The position numbers and the translations under genes are program-made. Of a DNA stretch of 64,000 bases, positions 58,821 to 64,000 are shown one piece after another (within the stretch, counting starts at the first letter, position 1; the number at the start of each line of letters is the position of its first letter). The stretch is from Lama glama (taxonomy: Eukaryota): the NCBI GenBank assembly GCA_028534125.1, contig CM052823.1:310001-374000 (forward strand), in the 5' to 3' direction. The notes under the pieces are model-generated. The model saw only the letters and a list, made by a program, of their open reading frames with translations, had not been told where the DNA came from and ran no database searches.

Positions 58821-60559
58821 TAGGGTGAGCGGACCAAAGCCTCCTGCCTCCTGATGTGGCCTGAAGTGGTAGGTCTCTGTTACACACATGGGACTGGGTT
58901 GGGGAGAGGACCTTGTAAAGTGGGACCTCAGTGGGCTGGAACAGGTCCTGGCAGCTGGCGTGGGCAGTGGCAGGAGCAGCGTGCCAGACTGTGCCTGAGG
59001 GGCCGTCCTTCTGACCAAGGATCTCTGGCAAGACCAGCCAGTAGGAGACCACTGGTACCCTGGTCCTGAAAGAGATTGGAAGTTGGGGCCAGGCTGGCTG
59101 CCGTTGGGCTGGTAGAGCCTACTGTTTTTGGAGCCAGCCCCACCCCCGGCTCAGCCCTGTGCTGACACCCTCTCCTATGCTGGGGCCAGGGGGCCTGGCC
59201 CCCTCTCCCATTCCCCTCTTTCTGATTTTGGGCCACAGTCCCCTCTGGTCACAGCCCTGCCCCCGCGTGCCCGACTGACCTCTGGGGTCTGCTTGACCCT
59301 GGGGCCGCAGGTGGGGAATGTGCCTCCGAGATGGAAAAGGCAGGGGCAGGCCTGGGAGGCCCCAGGCATTAGGATGAGCCCAGCCTCCTCGCCCCCGCAG
59401 CGGCGCAGCAGGCAGGTCTGAGCAGGGCCGGCAGCCTGTCATCTGCACTTGGGCCGGAGCCAGCACAGTTCGAAATCGCTACCTGAGGATGTGTTTTCTG
59501 CTCGAGTTGGCAGCAGTGGGCGTGGGGGCAGGGAGGCTGGGAGGAATGTGGCGGGCCAACGCGTGTCCCTCATGGCTCTCGGCCCTGCTAGCCGGCCGGG
59601 GGTGGAACGGGACAGGACAGGCCCTGCCTCCCCTGGTGGGAGCCCTGTAGTCTGGGTACCAGGTCTTGGGCCAGCTCACCTCCCTTCCTCCTGCTCCCAG
59701 CTGGTTCTCCCCCGGAGTGGGAAGGTGGCCCCCCCCAGGTGGAGGAGCAGGGCCATGAGGTAGCCATGTGGTTCGGGGGTCTCTCCTGTCTCCGCCTCCC
59801 TGACAGCAGTGCGGCCTGGCTGCCGGCTGTGTAGTCGGTGCGGTGATGCCAGCACCCTGGTATTTCCGCTTGGTCGGCAGCAGCCTGGTGGCCACACTGC
59901 CTATGCTTGCTGCATGTCCAGCTCTGTCCCATGAGCCGGGGTGAGTTTGGAGCCCAGCATGCCCGGGGGGGCACTTGGCTCTGACCGGGGAGAGCAGGGA
60001 CTGCTTGGCTCCAGGGGACAGAGAAGGGTTCTGGGCCTGCCTCAGGGGCTGCAGGTGGGGGTGGGTGTGCTCCAGTCCAGGACTGGCTCAGACTCTCAGG
60101 CTCCCTGGAGTAGGGGGTGTAAAGAGGACCTTGAAGGTGGCTGGGGTGCATAGGTGTGGGGAGCCCCCTCCTTTACCTGGTCCAGGCTCTTGGAGACCAG
60201 AGGACTGGGAGCTGGTCTGGGCTCCACACCCTCCAGTGATGCTCAGCCAGTCCTGAACCCTCCCATTCCCCTCCCCCTGCCTCTGCTAGTACCCCAGGCC
60301 TGGTTGGGGGGTCTTCTGCACCCTGGCCTGGTTGCATGGGTCAGTTTTCTGCTGTATATCGCCTGTGGTTCCAGGTTGGTGTCAGGTGCAGCTTTCTGCA
60401 GAGTGGTGGGTCTGGGGCCTTGGATGTGGGGAGGTGAAGGCAGGCTGGATACGGAAGTGGTCCTTTCTCTCCTGGTCCTGCCTCACAGATGCCCCCATGC
60501 GTCCTGTTCGCTCCCCAGGAGGTGATACCCTGTCGGCCCGGAACCTGGCCTGTAGCTGA

Positions 60560-60604
60560 GTGTGTGTGTGTATGCGTGTGTGTGTGTAGGTGTGTGTGCA
60601 TGTG
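60560..60604 (+). repeat. Interrupted (GT)n microsatellite
   Basis: Seen directly. Confidence 0.85.
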
Positions 60605-63600
60605 CTCTCCCTGGGTGTGGCGGGTGGCCAGTAGGGGTTTTCGGGGGACCTGGTGGAGTGCACTGTGTTAGCAGGGGCCCTGCCCCCAGTGAAAGGGCAT
60701 GCTGCCCAGCTGAAGACACCTGCCTACCTGGTCCATGTTCTGGTACCGAGGACCCCAGGACTTGGCCCGCAGGTCCAGGGCCCCACCCCGGCGTGTGCAC
60801 TGTGAGTTGGAGGGGGTGGCTGTGTGTGGTGGCACAGATGGGGTGTGATCACTTGTGGAGGACAAAATTGGAGTTGTGGCAAGAGCCACCATGGTGGGCC
60901 CGGGGCTAATCTTTCTGACAGCGTAGTCAACCGAGACGTGGGGCCACGGCAGATCCTGGGGCTAGGCTTTCCCACCTGTGAACTGGTGTGACTGTGTGAT
61001 CTTGTGAAGGGGGACGGGACAGGGCTGCAGGGCTCAGAGCTGTGAAAGCCCCTAGCTGGGCCTCCGGGTGGCCCAGTCTCCCCCCTCCCCCACTACTGGC
61101 TACCCAGCAGAAGGCCGGAGTCCTTAGGGGGCTGTGCTTGCTCACTGGTGTTGGGGGGGTCTGGTCAGGGGCACACATGCCCAAGGAGGGCGTCTGGTGG
61201 GACGTGAACACGGGGCCCAGCCCCACCACAGCCAACTGCCAAGGCCTTGGCAGCTGCCTGAGCCCCAGCCTAAGGTAAGGCAGTCCAGGGTCTGCACCTG
61301 GGGGCATCTGAGCTGCCCTTGGTGGTCGGAAGTACCCTTCTGCCTGTGCTCCCTGTCCCCCCGAGGAGCCGGGGACTGGGGTCAGGGCAGACATGGGACC
61401 TGGGCCCACCCCACCCACTGGGGCAGCCTCTGTGTGCACTGGGGCCCACTGCCCCTTTCCTTCCCGTCCCTTCCCAGCTGGGGCCTGGGGTCCTGCTCAG
61501 GCAGGGCTGGGCAATCTGCACCCTATTTGCAGCCAATCACCTACCCTGTACATCAGAGGTCTTGTATCTGGGCTTCGGTACTGGGCAGCAGGGCGGGGCT
61601 TGCAGTGCCTGGGCAAAGTCGGGGCCCTTGGAAGGCTGCACTGGCCTGGGGAGGGCTTGGAAATGGGCTGGGACTTTGTCCCTGGGCCTTCGTGGGTGGG
61701 GTGGGGAGCAGGGCTGCAGCAGAGCAGGGAAGAGGATGCTGGAGAGTTTGTGGCAGGGGCTTCTTCAGAGATTGTGGCTTTTAGGGACCCTCTTGAGGGC
61801 ATCAGGCTGGGCCGATGAGGGGTTTCTTGAAGACAAATATCTCTAATCCTCAGGCTTGGGGTCCTGACCCCCAGACCCCAGGTGAGCCAGGGTCCAAGCC
61901 TCAGGCCCAGGGTGAACTAGGGTCCTCATCTTTGAGACCGCAGGTGAGCTGAGGTCCCCAGGCCTCAGGGTCAACCTGATCGTGGGCTTTGGGGCCACAG
62001 TCCCACAGGGTGCACGTGATGAGGTGCTGGAAGACCCTGGGCTGCTGCCCACAGGGGAGCGGATGGGGCGTGCCCAGGCAAGGCCCTGGCTGGTCTCTGG
62101 TGCAGAGTGTGGGTGTCTGGGTTGCCTTGTAGGGAGACCTGTGGCCCACTCCTCCTGCCGTGGCCCTGGGGCCCAGCGCCTTGAGGGGAGGCAGCCCCTC
62201 CCCCTCCCCCTCAGGAGACAATGGAGGCAGAGGCCTGGGCCTCTGCAGAGCTCGGGTTTCAGGAAATTTATCTGTGCTTGGTGCTCCTGGCTCTGCTCTG
62301 TGGGGGGGCCAGGTGGGGATGCTGCGGGGGAGAAGACAGGTTGGAGCCCGTGGGTCTGGGGAGTGGGCCCAGGGTCTATGCTGGGCCATGGGATGCTATG
62401 GGGTGTGGCACATCTGGTCCCATGTCTGCCTTGTGTCATTTCCATGTCTTTGAGTTGCTGTCCTGTTACCGCTTTCTAGGGGTCAGATGAAGGATTTGGA
62501 TCTGGCCTTGGGCACAGGCCAGGGAGGAGACCATGGTCGGGCTGGGATTCTGGTGCAGGTGGGTCAGGGTGGGCTTTGGGAGAAGCAATGTGGCTGGGCC
62601 TTCAGGGACGAAGGCCGCTGGGTGGGTCTCCAAGCGCTGAGCAGGCTGGCAGCCCAGCTGGGTCTGGCCTGGGAGGTTCTCTGTGTCTTGCTAGGGACCC
62701 ACCGCCAGCCGCCGTCGCCCCTCCCCGGGCATCTGGAGTGGCGGGACGCCCTCCGAGGCCTGCAGTCCAGGCCTGCTGCTGCTCCTGTTTCGTAGGGATT
62801 TAGGGTTGACAGACCGGATCCCAGCACGTGGCCTGCGAGGCAACGGCGCTGGAATGAAAGGATGCAAGCTTGCCGTTTGCAGAGGGAAACTGAGTCCTAG
62901 AGGCCAGTGGGGTGGAGGAGATGGGGCAGGGGTGGGGGCAGGGGATGCTGCACTGGTGCTGCCCCGCCCACCGGCTTGGGTTCCCTCTGGGTGACTTCCT
63001 GCCGTCCAGGTGTAGGTAACCCAGCTGGCAGGCGGTGGGGCCCTTGCGGGTGGGTGGGCGGGTACCCGTTCCTGCGGGAGCAGGTAATTGGAGCCTGGGC
63101 TTGGGCGAAGGTGGTGGTAATCCTACCTGAGCCGCTGGCGTGGGGTTTCCTGGGAGCCTGGAGGAGCTCCTGGCTCCCCAAAGTCCAGGTGCCAGGTGGT
63201 GGGCCCCGACAGCCCCGTGGGGCGAGCAGCCTCATGGAGTGAGTGGCCCGGGGCCTGCCTCATTGGTGGGCTTGACCACCCTGGCCCTGGCCTCTCGGGT
63301 GCAGCCCACAGTCGTCTCCCTGCTCCCTCCCGAGTCTTCCCGTGTGGCCCGTTCTGCCCGGTGGCCATGTTGGTTTCCGGCCTCGCTCGGCCAGACCCAC
63401 CTGGCATGCAGCTCAGTGTTAGCAGCCGAGTTGGTGGGGAGCCTGCGGCGCACACAGCTTAGCTCTGAGACCTCTGTTCCCCCGTCCCTGCTCTTCCCGC
63501 CCTGGGGCCCTGCCATGTAGCCCCTCGTGTTTGGGATACTTCCTCCCTTGCTCTGTGCAGCCTCAACCCCAGGGGCACCCTCTCTGAGGCCTGCCCTGAC

Positions 63601-63709
63601 TCCCTTTGAGAACAGCGGCTCCATTTCCATCCCCTGGAGCCCAACTGACTCACCCATCTGCCAGGCAGTGGTTTTGGTCCCTGGAGGCAGAGCTGTGACT
63701 GGTGCACGC

Positions 63710-63900
63710 TCGATGGATGGACAGACAGATGAACGAATGAATGAGTGAGTGAGTGCTGCACGGGGTGGGGGCTAGGCACTCCAGTGGTCTGGCACCAGGA
63801 GCGAGACTGGCTGGGGAAAGCTGGCCTGAGGGTGGCATTCCAGGCAGAGGGAGGGAACTGTGTGTGCAAAGGCCCAGGGTCCAGGTGGGCATGCGGGGTT
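63710..63900 (-). mobile_element. LINE-2 remnant(s)
   Basis: GAATGAATGAGTGAGTGA tail-like repeat plus GCATTCCAGGCAGAGGGA...TGCAAAGGCCC. Confidence 0.5.
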
Positions 63901-64000
63901 GCTGTGAGGAGGGCAGGAGTCATGGGCAGCCCCAAGAGGGCTCTGGGCAGTGAGGGGCATGTGGACAGGGCCCTGAGGGTCTCTGGGGCTCTTGTGGACA

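Overview
GC-rich mammalian DNA, most likely camelid, judged from four Vic-1-like tRNA-Ala-derived SINEs. The gene order is: BRF1 (+, last 14 coding exons, 2163-20976) with BTBD6 nested antisense in the intron after the first visible BRF1 exon (-, CDS 5719-3700); a ~23 kb nominally intergenic interval; complete NUDT14 (+, 5 exons, 222 aa, 44482-52207); and the JAG2 promoter with exons 1-2 (+, from 57449). All exon boundaries were checked by hand for GT-AG and phase. The best candidate for something undescribed is a colinear series of decayed minus-strand exon-like segments at ~27.7-39.5 kb. Their translations resemble successive blades of a WDR87/WDR97-type WD40 protein, suggesting a lost gene between BRF1 and NUDT14. 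An orphan CCAAT/GC-box promoter sits inside it. Both N-runs fall inside conserved coding exons and match the missing coding length exactly, which suggests masking rather than true gaps. Comparisons to human proteins and repeat consensi are from memory, not from searches.
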